A DNA stretch of 64,000 bases from Clostridia bacterium (GCA_017467105.1 JAFTSU010000002.1:130481-194480), one strand, 5' to 3'; shown: positions 22,445 through 32,754, numbered from the stretch's first letter. Numbers and translations: made by a program. Notes: generated by a model from the letters alone, not told the origin.

Positions 22445-22510
22445 ATTAAAGTAAAAGACTTTGCCGACCTTACATAAAACACGCGGCGGAGCATAGAAAG
22501 CGAAGAAACA

Positions 22511-23284
22511 TTGAAAATTCTGGTAATAGGCGACGTAACCAGCCCGTCAGGAGTAGAGTATCTTGGAAAAAGGCTGTGGAAATTCCGAAAGGATAGACGC
22601 ATCGACTTTTGCGTGGTTAACGGAGAGAACGCGTCGTTCATAAGCGGTATAAACGACGAGCTTGCAGAGGAGCTTATACGAGGTGGAGCTGACGCTATAA
22701 CCGGCGGAAACCACACCATGCATCAGCGCAGAGCGTATGGAATGCTGGACGAGAGGGAAGAGGTTATAAGACCCGCAAACTACGGTGACAGGGCGCCTGG
22801 AAAGGGATACACCGTTCTCGACTGCTCCGGATATCGCATTCTGGTAATGAACGTGATGGGCAGCGTGCATATTGAGCCGTCCCTTGATTCTCCCTTTGAC
22901 GCGGTGGACAGGATACTCAGAGATATGGAGGGCAGATACGACGTCTCCATACTTGATATACACGCAGAGGCTACCGGAGAAAAGCTCGCGCTCGCTCATT
23001 ATTTCGACGGAAGGATAAACGTAATATTCGGAACCCATACTCACGTACCTACGGCGGACGAGCAGATATTGCCCCTGGGAACCGGGTATATAACGGATGT
23101 TGGAATGTGCGGTGAGAGCGGCGGAATACTCGGTATGGATGCGGAAAGAGTAGTGGAGAGAATGCGTACGAGAGTGCCTCATCCCTTCAAGGTTGCCGCC
23201 GGTGATGTGGTTGTGAACGGCGTAATATTCACTTTTGATACGTCACTTGGAAGAGTTACAAGCGTTGAGAGAATCAAGCTGTAA
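22511..23284 (+). CDS. ymdB: YmdB-family metallophosphoesterase (2',3'-cyclic-nucleotide phosphodiesterase)
   Basis: MKILVIGDV..., GENAS, GGNH and GTHTHV metallophosphatase motifs. TTG start. Neighbour of rny as in Bacillus. Confidence 0.88.
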   Translation: MKILVIGDVTSPSGVEYLGKRLWKFRKDRRIDFCVVNGENASFISGINDELAEELIRGGADAITGGNHTMHQRRAYGMLDEREEVIRPANYGDRAPGKGYTVLDCSGYRILVMNVMGSVHIEPSLDSPFDAVDRILRDMEGRYDVSILDIHAEATGEKLALAHYFDGRINVIFGTHTHVPTADEQILPLGTGYITDVGMCGESGGILGMDAERVVERMRTRVPHPFKVAAGDVVVNGVIFTFDTSLGRVTSVERIKL

Positions 23285-23295
23285 ATCTTATTAAA

Positions 23296-23313
23296 TGACA
23301 ATAATTATTTACA
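23296..23313. promoter_or_regulatory. TGACAATAATTATTTACA (same palindrome family), 45 nt upstream of mnmG
   Basis: One half-site is perfect; the other has two changes. Confidence 0.35.
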
Positions 23314-23357
23314 TTGTTTCGATTTATCTGATAGTTTCGTGAAAACGGAGTAAATAA

Positions 23358-25238
23358 ATGGAATATAAAACGACAATAGCCGTAATAGGAGCAGGGCACG
23401 CCGGAATAGAGGCGGCTCTGGCTGCGGCAAGGATAGGATGTGACACGGTTCTCTTTACCACGAATTTAGATGCCGTCGGAAACATGCCCTGCAATCCCTC
23501 CGTAGGAGGCAGCGCAAAGGGACACCTGGTGTTTGAGATAGATGCCCTTGGCGGAGAGATGGGATACTGCGCTGATCTTGCCACCATACAGTCACGTACC
23601 TTGAATTTAGGCAAGGGTGCCGCCGTTCATTCAAAGAGAGTACAGGCGGACAGAGATAATTACAAGAGAATAATGAAGAGAACTCTTGAGAGCGAGCCAA
23701 GGCTCAGGCTCGTTCAGGCGGAGATAGTAGAGCTTTTAACCGAGGAAAAAGACCGGAGGGCTGCCGTCGTGGGAGTGCGTACCCATCTTGGCGAGGAGTG
23801 GCGCGCCGAAAAGGTCGTAATCGCCAGCGGCACATTCCTTGACAGCCGTATTTTTGTTGGTGATAAGGTGTACAGCGCCGGTCCCGACGGTATGACTGCG
23901 GCTGTGGGACTTTCTGATTCTTTGCGTAAGAGCGGTATTTCTCTTCGTCGCTTCAAGACGGGGACGCCAGCAAGGGTCCATAGACGCTCTATTGATTTTT
24001 CGCGTCTTGAGCTTCAGGAGGGCGAGGAAGAGCCGATACCATATTCAACAAGGACTGAAAAGTACGGAAAAGGTGTAAACCGCGTTGGCTGTCACGTAGT
24101 ATATACCAACGCCGAAACCCATCGAATAATTAAAGAAAACCTGACACGTTCCGCTATGTATTCGGGAAATATAACCGGAGAGGGTCCGAGATATTGCCCT
24201 TCTATTGAGACGAAGCTGGTCAGATTTGCGGACAAGGAGAGACATCAGCTTTTCGTAGAGCCGTGCGGACTTTATACTGATGAAATGTATATTCAGGGTT
24301 TCTCTACGTCTATGCCCACAGAAGTGCAGTACAGTATGCTTCGCTCCCTTCCCGGCTTTGAGAACGCGGAGATCATGCGCTATGCCTACGCTATAGAATA
24401 TGATTGCATTGATCCTACCGAGCTTCGTCCCACCCTGGAATTCAAAAAGGTGGATGGGCTTTACGGAGCCGGTCAGTTCAATGGCACCTCCGGGTACGAG
24501 GAGGCTGCGGCGCAGGGACTTGTTGCCGGAATAAACGCGGCGCTGTCAGCGAGAGGCGAGGAGCCTATGATACTTGACAGATCCTCATCGTATATCGGGA
24601 CGCTGATAGACGACCTGGTAACCAAGGGCACGGAGGAGCCGTATAGAATGATGACCTCGCGCAGTGAGTACAGACTCCTTTTGCGCCAGGATAACGCTGA
24701 CGAGAGATTGACGGATATAGGCCATAGGGTTGGACTTATTAAAGAGGACCGTTATTTGAAGTTTCTTAAGAAAAGGGAAGAGGTCGCAAAGGAAATCGGA
24801 AGGCTTGATGGAACGGTGATCGCGCCATCAGATGAGGTGAACGGTCTTCTCCTTAAGCTTGGCTCCGCGCCGATCTCAACCGGTATAAAGCTCTCTGAGC
24901 TTTTACGAAGACCTGAGCTGTCCTATTCGGCGCTTGCCTGTATTGATAAAACCAGGCCGGAGCTGCCTTACGCCGTCAGACAGACCGCGGAGATACAGGT
25001 GAAGTACGCGGGATATATCAAGAGAGAGCTATCTGAGGTCGAGCGCCATAAAAGAATGGAAAGTAGACTCATACCTAAGGATATAAATTACAAGGATATT
25101 CTGGGACTCAGACTTGAGGCGGCTGAAAAGCTTGAAAAAATAAGGCCTGAGAGCATCGGCAGAGCGTCCAGAATAAGCGGAGTGAGTCCTGCTGACGTGA
25201 GCGTGCTTTTGATCTATCTCTCCGGAAACGGAAGATGA
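23358..25238 (+). CDS. mnmG: tRNA uridine-5-carboxymethylaminomethyl synthesis enzyme MnmG (GidA)
   Basis: FAD motif [10 protein letters not shown], 626 aa, conserved C-terminal GISP..VSVL region. Confidence 0.96.
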   Translation: MEYKTTIAVIGAGHAGIEAALAAARIGCDTVLFTTNLDAVGNMPCNPSVGGSAKGHLVFEIDALGGEMGYCADLATIQSRTLNLGKGAAVHSKRVQADRDNYKRIMKRTLESEPRLRLVQAEIVELLTEEKDRRAAVVGVRTHLGEEWRAEKVVIASGTFLDSRIFVGDKVYSAGPDGMTAAVGLSDSLRKSGISLRRFKTGTPARVHRRSIDFSRLELQEGEEEPIPYSTRTEKYGKGVNRVGCHVVYTNAETHRIIKENLTRSAMYSGNITGEGPRYCPSIETKLVRFADKERHQLFVEPCGLYTDEMYIQGFSTSMPTEVQYSMLRSLPGFENAEIMRYAYAIEYDCIDPTELRPTLEFKKVDGLYGAGQFNGTSGYEEAAAQGLVAGINAALSARGEEPMILDRSSSYIGTLIDDLVTKGTEEPYRMMTSRSEYRLLLRQDNADERLTDIGHRVGLIKEDRYLKFLKKREEVAKEIGRLDGTVIAPSDEVNGLLLKLGSAPISTGIKLSELLRRPELSYSALACIDKTRPELPYAVRQTAEIQVKYAGYIKRELSEVERHKRMESRLIPKDINYKDILGLRLEAAEKLEKIRPESIGRASRISGVSPADVSVLLIYLSGNGR

Positions 25239-25304
25239 CCGATCGCTTCCGTCACATACCAAAAAAACGGTCATCCGATGACCTAAACGTATAGAGGGAA
25301 AAAG

Positions 25305-26297
25305 ATGATTATTCGTACGCCAAGGTATTTTTACAGCTTTAAGTGTATAGCGGACAAATGTTCTGCCAGCTGTTGCGTAGGCTGGGACGTATACGTTGAT
25401 GAGAGCACCGAGCGAAAATACGTAGATCTACAGGGTGAGCTTGGTGAGCGGATCAGAAAAAGCCTGAAGCACGGTCCGGACGGCACTTGTATCGGTCTTT
25501 CGGAGGGCAGATGTCCTTTTCTGAACGACCGTGGACTTTGCGATATTATTTCCGAGCTTGGCGCGGACTATATTTCCGAGATATGCGCTGAGCACCCAAG
25601 ATATTATCTGACCCTTGGAGAATACGTATTCGGCGGTCTCGGAGCGTCCTGCGAGGAAGCCGCGAGGCTAATATTAACGGAAGAGGGCGGACACGGATAC
25701 GTTGAAAAGGAGGCTGATGGCTTTCTACCGCTCGACTGTGACGGGGACATTTTTAATTGCGTATACAGGTCGTATCTTGAGTGCGTAGGTATTGCTTTGG
25801 ATGAGTCTGACTTATACTCCGCGATAATTAAAATATGCGGCGTAACAGAGCGGCTTGACGGGGAGATTAACGGCGATTTTTCCGAGAAAATTTTACACGT
25901 CCCCGGGGATACTGCCGATAATTACCGCTTTATACGTGAGATGGCGGGAAGCCTTGAGTATATGAATGAGAAAAGCCGTGACGAGCTTTTTTCGCGTGAT
26001 TTGGAAAAGACCTGTTATGAAGGCTGCAGGACACACGGGAAAAAGGTGCTGCTGTACTTTTTAGACAGATACTATATGATGATTGCGGAGGATGGGGATG
26101 CCCTCGGTATTCTCGGCTTCATTCTTTTCTCCACAGCTGTAATTTTTCGGAGACTGAGCGGAGAGCTTAGATCGGACGTATCTGTCTTCAGAGAATATTC
26201 TTCCGAGATTGAGTATAACGAATGTAACGTTGAAGCCATAAGGGAAAAGACCCGCTCTCGTATATACACGGATGTTTTACCAATGTTTAGCTTATAA
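25305..26297 (+). CDS. Cys-rich CxxCxxCC-type (YkgJ/FliB-like) protein, possible lysine-N-methylase family
   Basis: N-terminal FKCIADKCSASCCVGW and GRCPFLNDRGLCDI motifs. Confidence 0.55.
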   Translation: MIIRTPRYFYSFKCIADKCSASCCVGWDVYVDESTERKYVDLQGELGERIRKSLKHGPDGTCIGLSEGRCPFLNDRGLCDIISELGADYISEICAEHPRYYLTLGEYVFGGLGASCEEAARLILTEEGGHGYVEKEADGFLPLDCDGDIFNCVYRSYLECVGIALDESDLYSAIIKICGVTERLDGEINGDFSEKILHVPGDTADNYRFIREMAGSLEYMNEKSRDELFSRDLEKTCYEGCRTHGKKVLLYFLDRYYMMIAEDGDALGILGFILFSTAVIFRRLSGELRSDVSVFREYSSEIEYNECNVEAIREKTRSRIYTDVLPMFSL

Positions 26298-26304
26298 TAA
26301 TTTT

Positions 26305-26336
26305 GCCGGCAGAAAAATCTGCCGGCTTTTTGTTTT
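26305..26336 (+). terminator. Intrinsic terminator
   Basis: GCCGGCAG-AAAAAT-CTGCCGGC followed by TTTTTGTTTTT. Confidence 0.85.
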
Positions 26337-26491
26337 TCTCCTGATACGAGATGTGTCCGTATTTCGTAAAAATAGGACGAACGCATCTTTGATCGGTTTC
26401 AAGGGCATATCGTTGCCCAAAGTGCTCTTTTTGTTGTAAAAAGTCGATAACGTAGGTGAGCTTTTACGTTTTTTGCGTTATTTTGCTTTGA

Positions 26492-27910
26492 TTAACCGAA
26501 ATCGGATTTTTTGTGTCTGATAAAGAGTTTTGCAAGCGCTTTTTTATTAAAGGGTATGAGCGGATACAGATATCTTTGCTTTCCGGATACCGTTTTGTTT
26601 GTAGCTATTGCTATGCAGAAGAGTATAAGTCCTGCCAGAAATCCCCATACCTTAAATGCGTATACCAGAATAAGAATAAGAACTCGCATAAACTTGAACG
26701 CATACCCCAGCTCGTGATTCTGCTGGGCGAAGTTAGCTATTGCAACAAATGCCATATACAGTATTACGTCTCCGCAAAGCCACCCAACGTCAACCGCGAA
26801 ATCTCCGAGGATGAGCGCTCCTACCACCGAGAGAGAGTTTGAGAGAATATCCGGTGTGTTCATCGAGGCGATCTTCAATCCGTCAATAGCCAGCTCCACA
26901 AGCAACAGCTGCAGTATTATAGGAAGGGCGCCGCTGTCCTCGGGAATGAGAAATCTTAACACGGGTGGCAGTATATCGCTGTATTCTATTGCCAGATACC
27001 AAAGAGGTGTTATTACCACAGACAGAAGCAGGATCAGCACTCTGACGAGTCGCAGATACGTTCCCGTGAGGGGTGGAAAATAGAAATCTCCCGTTTCCTC
27101 CAGGTAGTCAAAAATGGATGTTGGTAAAATCATAGCAAGGGGTGAGGTATCGCAAAGAACAATAATGCTTCCCTCGAGCAGCTGCGCCGCCGCGGCATCC
27201 GGTCTCTCCGTCGTGCGTATCTTTGGGAAGGGATTATACCAGCCTGACCGTATCAGCGTCTCGGCGAGGCTCTGATACCCTAGAGTCAAGGACCTTGGCT
27301 TCGCCCGACGCAGCTTTTCGCGTATATCCTCCAGCATCTCAACGTCACAGGCTCCGTCCATATAGCACACCACCACGTCGGTGCCGGATGCGCCACCCAT
27401 ATTGAAATGCTCCATTGTCAGCCGCTCGTCTCTGATGCGTCTGCGGATCAGAGCAGTATTGAAGATCAAGGTCTCGACAAATCCATCTCTCGCTCCCTGC
27501 ATAACTCTGTCGCTCTCCGGCTCCTCCGTGGATCTGGCAGGATAGGTGCGGACGTCAAGCAGCACCGCCTCCATACCAAAGCTTTCTGCTAAGATCGCAG
27601 TCTGACCCGATAGCACCGAGTGGATAAGCTTGCTTATATCTGACGTTTTCTCCACCTCTACGTAGGGCATGATACGCGTCAGCTCATCAGCGGTCTTTTT
27701 CTCCTTAAGTGAAAGAAGATACTGCATTATACGTAGCATTTCCGCATCCTTGGTAAAGCCGTCGACGTAGAAAAAGCAATAGTCCTCCCCCGCGACTGTG
27801 AGGTGGCGCTCTATCATATCAAAGCTTTCGGAAACCCTCAGCCTCTCTCTGAGTATCAGCGTGTCAAGGTTGTAGTCTCCCGAAAGAGTTTTAAAAATAC
27901 TTTCCTTCAT
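26492..27910 (-). CDS. GerA-family spore germination protein (A-subunit / SpoVAF-like)
   Basis: 472 aa, soluble N-terminal domain plus ~5 C-terminal TM helices, typical GerAA/SpoVAF architecture. GGAGGGG RBS. Confidence 0.8.
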   Translation of the reverse strand: MKESIFKTLSGDYNLDTLILRERLRVSESFDMIERHLTVAGEDYCFFYVDGFTKDAEMLRIMQYLLSLKEKKTADELTRIMPYVEVEKTSDISKLIHSVLSGQTAILAESFGMEAVLLDVRTYPARSTEEPESDRVMQGARDGFVETLIFNTALIRRRIRDERLTMEHFNMGGASGTDVVVCYMDGACDVEMLEDIREKLRRAKPRSLTLGYQSLAETLIRSGWYNPFPKIRTTERPDAAAAQLLEGSIIVLCDTSPLAMILPTSIFDYLEETGDFYFPPLTGTYLRLVRVLILLLSVVITPLWYLAIEYSDILPPVLRFLIPEDSGALPIILQLLLVELAIDGLKIASMNTPDILSNSLSVVGALILGDFAVDVGWLCGDVILYMAFVAIANFAQQNHELGYAFKFMRVLILILVYAFKVWGFLAGLILFCIAIATNKTVSGKQRYLYPLIPFNKKALAKLFIRHKKSDFG

Positions 27911-28046
27911 TATCCCCTCCTGTTTACCATATTATTGTCATATTTTCACACGGGTATTCTGCGGAGCTAGGAGTAATAGCGATTTTATTTTGGGGCGGAG
28001 AGCCGCGTCTTAAATGTTAAATAATTAATAAAACTCGGAAAATCCG

Positions 28047-28076
28047 TTGACATCCTACGCTGAGTTATGGTATATT
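28047..28076 (+). promoter_or_regulatory. Candidate promoter of the P-type ATPase gene
   Basis: TTGACA, 18 nt, extended -10 TGGTATATT. Confidence 0.5.
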
Positions 28077-28110
28077 ATTTAAGAAAGTTTTAAAATAAAA
28101 GGAGTTTATC

Positions 28111-30540
28111 GTGCAAGCTTTTGAAAAGGAACGCGTCAATGAGGGCGAGCTGCCCTACCTTGGCCTGACGGCTGATGAGGTCAGAGCGGAGAAAGAAGCC
28201 GGTAACGTTAATATCGTTAAGGAGAAGGTTGGTAAAAGCTACGGCAGAATCATTGCGGACAACCTGCTTACCTTCTTTAATTTCGTTTGGGCTGTTGTTG
28301 CCGTAATACTTATATCTATCGGCAGCTTCAAGAATCTGACGTTTTTATTCATAATAATTCCAAACGTACTTATCGCAATTTTCCAGGAAATACGCGCCAA
28401 GAGAACGGTTGAGAAGCTTTCCGTTACAACCGAGCCTCGCGCCACGGTTATCCGCGACGGAGTGCTTTGCGAGATAGACGTCTCGGAGATAGTTATCGGC
28501 GACGTTATGAAAATAGAGATTGGTAAGCAGGTGCTTTCCGACTCGGTCGTGCTTTCCGGATTTGCGGAGGCAAACGAAAGTATGCTTACGGGAGAGTCCG
28601 ACGCAATAAAAAAGCGCGAGGGTGACACGGTGCTTGCGGGAAGCTTCCTTGTCAGCGGAAGCATATACGTCAAGGTCATCCGCGTTGGAAAAAACAATTA
28701 CGTTCATAAGATCGAAAGCGCGGCGAAGGGCTTCAAGGCGCCTGCCTCAAACCTCTTCCGCGACCTTAACCGTCTTATCAAGTACATAGGAATATTTATG
28801 GTGCCTATGACTCTGGCAATGTTTATTGCCAACTATTTCGCGATGGACGGTAATATACACAACGCTCTAACGTCCACCTCGGGATCGGTTATCGGTATGA
28901 TTCCCGCGGGTATGTATCTTCTCGTAACCATAACGCTGACTCTCAGCGTTCTGACCCTCTCGAAGAAGCAGACTCTGGTGCAGGATATGTACTCTATCGA
29001 GATGCTGGCAAGCGCTGACGTCGTATGCCTTGACAAGACGGGAACGATCACCGACGGAACAATGTGCGTTACTGCTGTTGAGGCTCTTAGTACCACCCCG
29101 TGTGAAGAAATTCGCAATATTATGGCTAGAGTAGAGGGCTCTGAGGAGAGTATAAATAACACCTCTCGCGCCCTGATAGATTACTTCGGACAGGTTTCGT
29201 CCGCAGTGCGTGACAAGATCCCATTCTCGTCGGCGAGAAAGTATTCCGCCGTCAGCTTTGAGGACGGAGACGCGTATGCTGTCGGAGCCCCCGGCTTCGT
29301 TCCCGCTCCCGTATCGGCTGAGCTTGAGGAAAAGATCAGACTTCACGCACAGAACGGTGAGAGAGTGCTTCTTCTCGTAAAGCTTGCCGATCTCTCCGGT
29401 GAGGGCGAGGCGATAGCAATGATCGCCATTGCTGACAGGATCAGACCCAACGCGGCAGAGACTATAGCGAAGTTCCAGGATCAAGGCGTTACCGTTAAGA
29501 TCATCTCGGGCGACCACGCCGCAACCGTTTCTACCATTGCGGGCAGAGTTGGAGTAAAGGACTACGAGAATTATATCTCTTGCGAGAATATTTCCGACGA
29601 GGAGCTTGCCGCCGTTGCGGAAACGTACGCTGTATTCGGCAGAGTGACTCCTGAGCAGAAGGTGCTGCTTGTTAAGACCCTTAAGGCTCTGGGACATACC
29701 GTCGCAATGACCGGTGACGGTGTAAACGACACTCTCGCTTTGAAGGAATCAAATTGCGCCATAGCCATGGCGGACGGCAGCGAGGTGGCTCAGAAGGTGT
29801 CGCAGATAGTCCTTTTAAATTCCGACTTTGCAACTCTTCCCGACGTTGTTAGAGAGGGTCGCAGGTGCATTAATAACGTTCGCTCCTCCGCTTCTCTCTA
29901 CCTTATGAAGACGATGTTCGTCATTATGCTCTCTATATTTGCGGTTTGCACGGTTTCGGGATATCCTCTTCAGCCCGGTCAGATGATGCTGATAGAGATG
30001 TTCGTTATCGGAATATCCTCCGTTCTTCTGGCTCTTGAGCCGAACAACAACAGAATAGAAGGACAGTTTCTCAAATCCGTCCTGGTACGGAGCGCGCCTC
30101 TCTCTATAGTAATGTTTATACCCGTTCTGATAGTTATGATCATGGGTATGTTTGATCTGGGTATCTCGCTGGAGTGCAGAAACTCGGTAGTTATGATAGT
30201 GCTTACCGTAGTCGGCTATATCAACCTTATAGCGATCTGCAAGCCGTTTTCGAAGTGGAGAACCGGCGTGTGCGTGCTTGTGGGAGCGGGACTTGTGCTG
30301 ACGGCAGGACTCAGCCTCGCGCTTTCGTATATTCTGCCCGGAACGGTAGACGTTATAGGCGCGGATCCCCTTGGTATTCTTCCTGCCTTTGAGAATCTGA
30401 AGTTCTTCTTCGGTATGCTCGGTGTAGGAGTGACTCTGGCTGTTCTTTTACAGCTGTACAGAAAGAATCTGGAGAGATTTATATTTGGCGTTATCGATAA
30501 GATCGGCGAGAAGATATCGTCGAAGAAAAAATCTGTATAA
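28111..30540 (+). CDS. Cation-translocating P-type ATPase (HAD-IC family)
   Basis: TGES, DKTGTIT and TGDGVNDT motifs, about 10 TM helices. GTG start with AAGGAG RBS. Confidence 0.92.
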   Translation: MQAFEKERVNEGELPYLGLTADEVRAEKEAGNVNIVKEKVGKSYGRIIADNLLTFFNFVWAVVAVILISIGSFKNLTFLFIIIPNVLIAIFQEIRAKRTVEKLSVTTEPRATVIRDGVLCEIDVSEIVIGDVMKIEIGKQVLSDSVVLSGFAEANESMLTGESDAIKKREGDTVLAGSFLVSGSIYVKVIRVGKNNYVHKIESAAKGFKAPASNLFRDLNRLIKYIGIFMVPMTLAMFIANYFAMDGNIHNALTSTSGSVIGMIPAGMYLLVTITLTLSVLTLSKKQTLVQDMYSIEMLASADVVCLDKTGTITDGTMCVTAVEALSTTPCEEIRNIMARVEGSEESINNTSRALIDYFGQVSSAVRDKIPFSSARKYSAVSFEDGDAYAVGAPGFVPAPVSAELEEKIRLHAQNGERVLLLVKLADLSGEGEAIAMIAIADRIRPNAAETIAKFQDQGVTVKIISGDHAATVSTIAGRVGVKDYENYISCENISDEELAAVAETYAVFGRVTPEQKVLLVKTLKALGHTVAMTGDGVNDTLALKESNCAIAMADGSEVAQKVSQIVLLNSDFATLPDVVREGRRCINNVRSSASLYLMKTMFVIMLSIFAVCTVSGYPLQPGQMMLIEMFVIGISSVLLALEPNNNRIEGQFLKSVLVRSAPLSIVMFIPVLIVMIMGMFDLGISLECRNSVVMIVLTVVGYINLIAICKPFSKWRTGVCVLVGAGLVLTAGLSLALSYILPGTVDVIGADPLGILPAFENLKFFFGMLGVGVTLAVLLQLYRKNLERFIFGVIDKIGEKISSKKKSV

Positions 30541-30560
30541 TACTACCTTACACGGCTTTT

Positions 30561-30592
30561 GGACGGAGAACAGAACGGTTCTCCGTCCTTTA
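30561..30592 (+). terminator. Intrinsic terminator after the ATPase gene
   Basis: GGACGGAGAAC...GTTCTCCGTCC stem with a weak T tract. Confidence 0.6.
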
Positions 30593-30614
30593 CTGTAAAA
30601 TAAGTAAAATAAAG

Positions 30615-30643
30615 TTGAAAATAAGAAAAAAATATGGTATACT
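30615..30643 (+). promoter_or_regulatory. Candidate sigma-A promoter
   Basis: TTGAAA, 17 nt, TATACT. Confidence 0.5.
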
Positions 30644-30694
30644 ATAAAAAAACGTGCCGGATTGACGTTTATCCGGCAGGTGTGTGGGGGTATT

Positions 30695-32734
30695 ATGATC
30701 AAGCTGGAGATAAGAAATTTTACAGCGCGGACGGGTTCAGACGCCTTTGAATGTACCGTGCCGTTTTCCGTATTCTCTGCCACCGGCGGAACGGGCGGCT
30801 CCGTCGCGTCGGTAAGTGCCACCGCTACGGTGGACGGGAGGGCGATCGAAAACAAATTCATATATCTCAGGCTGACAGACGTTTCGGGTCTCAGATCTAT
30901 TAAGGTAAACGGCTCCGTGGCTTACGAGCGCTCTGTATCCGACGTTACGGTAAACGTTAATGTAAAGCCGTATATCAGAGTGGGCGATAACCTAATCGAG
31001 CTTATCTTCGCCACCTCGGATGGCGGCGCCGCCCCCGGACTTTTCGGATCTGCGGAGCTTATCTTCTTCAGCGGAGCGGCTATAGATAAGGTTGCCCTGA
31101 AGCAGAGAATGGACGGAGGCTCGGCGTATATTGATATTACTCTTGATATGCTCGGAAATTCGGATAGCGTACGTGCTGTTGCCACCCTTGTTTCAGGTGC
31201 CGGACACGTGTTCTACGGCGGTATTACTCGGGGTAAAGGTACTATAACGGTGAAGGATCCGCTCTTCTGGTGGCCGAAGGGCATGGGAGTGCAGAATCTT
31301 TACAAGCTTACGGTAAACGTATACGGGGAAATGGAGATAGAGGACACGGCGGAGTGCCGTGTCGGAATACGCAGGGTAGAGGCGGAGAGCGGAAGCGCGC
31401 TTATCAGCTTTGGCGGCGTATCCATGCTTCCTATGGGAGCAGTTTATAAGACTGAGAAAAGAGCGGACCCGTCTCTTTCTCAGAACAGACAGTCGGCGTG
31501 CATTACGTACGCGGCAATGGCTGCCTTCAACACTCTTGCGATCTCGCCGGAGGATTCCTTGCCCGACGGCTCGTTCTTCGATCTGTGCGACGCGCACGGA
31601 ATTGCCGTTATCAGAGAGGTGTATACCTCTTCTCTCGAGAGATCGGGTGAGCTTGACGCTTTGGCAAGAGTATCGCACCATCCCTCTATGGCGGTATATC
31701 ATCTGATTCACGATACGGGAAACGCGAGGAGCCTCACCGAGCGGCTTTTACATATATCGCCTTGTATTGCGGTAAGGGTCACGGACGACGCGCCCGTGCA
31801 TCCCTCACATCCCTCTATGCCGACGGAAAGGGTTTTGGATAAATGGCTCTCGGAGGATGAGAGAAACCTGTTCTCCGCCGCTATGGAGAGCGAGGGTCGG
31901 GATAAGCTGATAAATATGCTTATTTCCGCATCAGAGAGATTTCCTTACGCCTCCGGATTTTCCGAGCTGGTATATCTCTCACAGATCTGCTCCGCGGAAA
32001 AAATTATGGACGGTATAAGAGAGGCAAGACTCGGAAGAGGTGAGACGGGAGCCGTGTACGATGCGCTCTCGGATATAGATAGGGGAGTATTCTCTTCCGG
32101 TATAGACTCCTCTGCCACCTGGAAGGCGCTGCATTATTATTCCAAGGAATTCTTCGCACCGCTTGTGGTGATCCCCAAGCATATAGGTGGGGGGCGTGTA
32201 GAGTTTTACGTGTCAAACGAGCGCCGTCAGAGCTTTGTTGGAAACCTGGAATACAGGATAATAGATAATAAAAACAAGATAATATATACAGCAATCGAGC
32301 AGTGCGTTACAGAGCGCGGATGCGCAAAACACGTTGTCGACAGAGATTTCGGCGAAATAATAGCCTCTCACGAGACGGAGTATTATCTTGACGTGTGCCT
32401 GCGTGACCCTATGGGCGTTTTCTCACACGTGACGATGACCTTCGTACCGGAGAAGCACTTCAGATTTCTCCCTCCCAATATACACGCGCAGGTCGTTGGC
32501 TCCGATAAGCGTTTTTCGGTCACTCTTACAGCAGACTCCTATGCCAAGGGTGTTGAGATAAGCTTTAGTGACAGAGACGCCGTGTTCTCGTCAAATTACG
32601 TTGATATTACCTCCTCCGCTCCGATAAAGATATCCTTTAATATAGTCGGAGGTATAGAAACCGCAGAGCATCTTAACCGCACTATAAGGATAAGAAGCCT
32701 TTACGACGTAGCGCACGGTAAGAAATACAAATAA
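30695..32734 (+). CDS. Glycoside hydrolase family 2-like (beta-mannosidase-like) protein, possibly divergent
   Basis: DPLFWWPKGMGVQNLYKL resembles the GH2 sugar-binding/Ig junction motif. ATG 30695 with a GGGGG RBS is preferred over TTG 30662. Confidence 0.55.
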   Translation: MIKLEIRNFTARTGSDAFECTVPFSVFSATGGTGGSVASVSATATVDGRAIENKFIYLRLTDVSGLRSIKVNGSVAYERSVSDVTVNVNVKPYIRVGDNLIELIFATSDGGAAPGLFGSAELIFFSGAAIDKVALKQRMDGGSAYIDITLDMLGNSDSVRAVATLVSGAGHVFYGGITRGKGTITVKDPLFWWPKGMGVQNLYKLTVNVYGEMEIEDTAECRVGIRRVEAESGSALISFGGVSMLPMGAVYKTEKRADPSLSQNRQSACITYAAMAAFNTLAISPEDSLPDGSFFDLCDAHGIAVIREVYTSSLERSGELDALARVSHHPSMAVYHLIHDTGNARSLTERLLHISPCIAVRVTDDAPVHPSHPSMPTERVLDKWLSEDERNLFSAAMESEGRDKLINMLISASERFPYASGFSELVYLSQICSAEKIMDGIREARLGRGETGAVYDALSDIDRGVFSSGIDSSATWKALHYYSKEFFAPLVVIPKHIGGGRVEFYVSNERRQSFVGNLEYRIIDNKNKIIYTAIEQCVTERGCAKHVVDRDFGEIIASHETEYYLDVCLRDPMGVFSHVTMTFVPEKHFRFLPPNIHAQVVGSDKRFSVTLTADSYAKGVEISFSDRDAVFSSNYVDITSSAPIKISFNIVGGIETAEHLNRTIRIRSLYDVAHGKKYK

Positions 32735-32754
32735 ATCTGAAAAGAGGAATAAAA

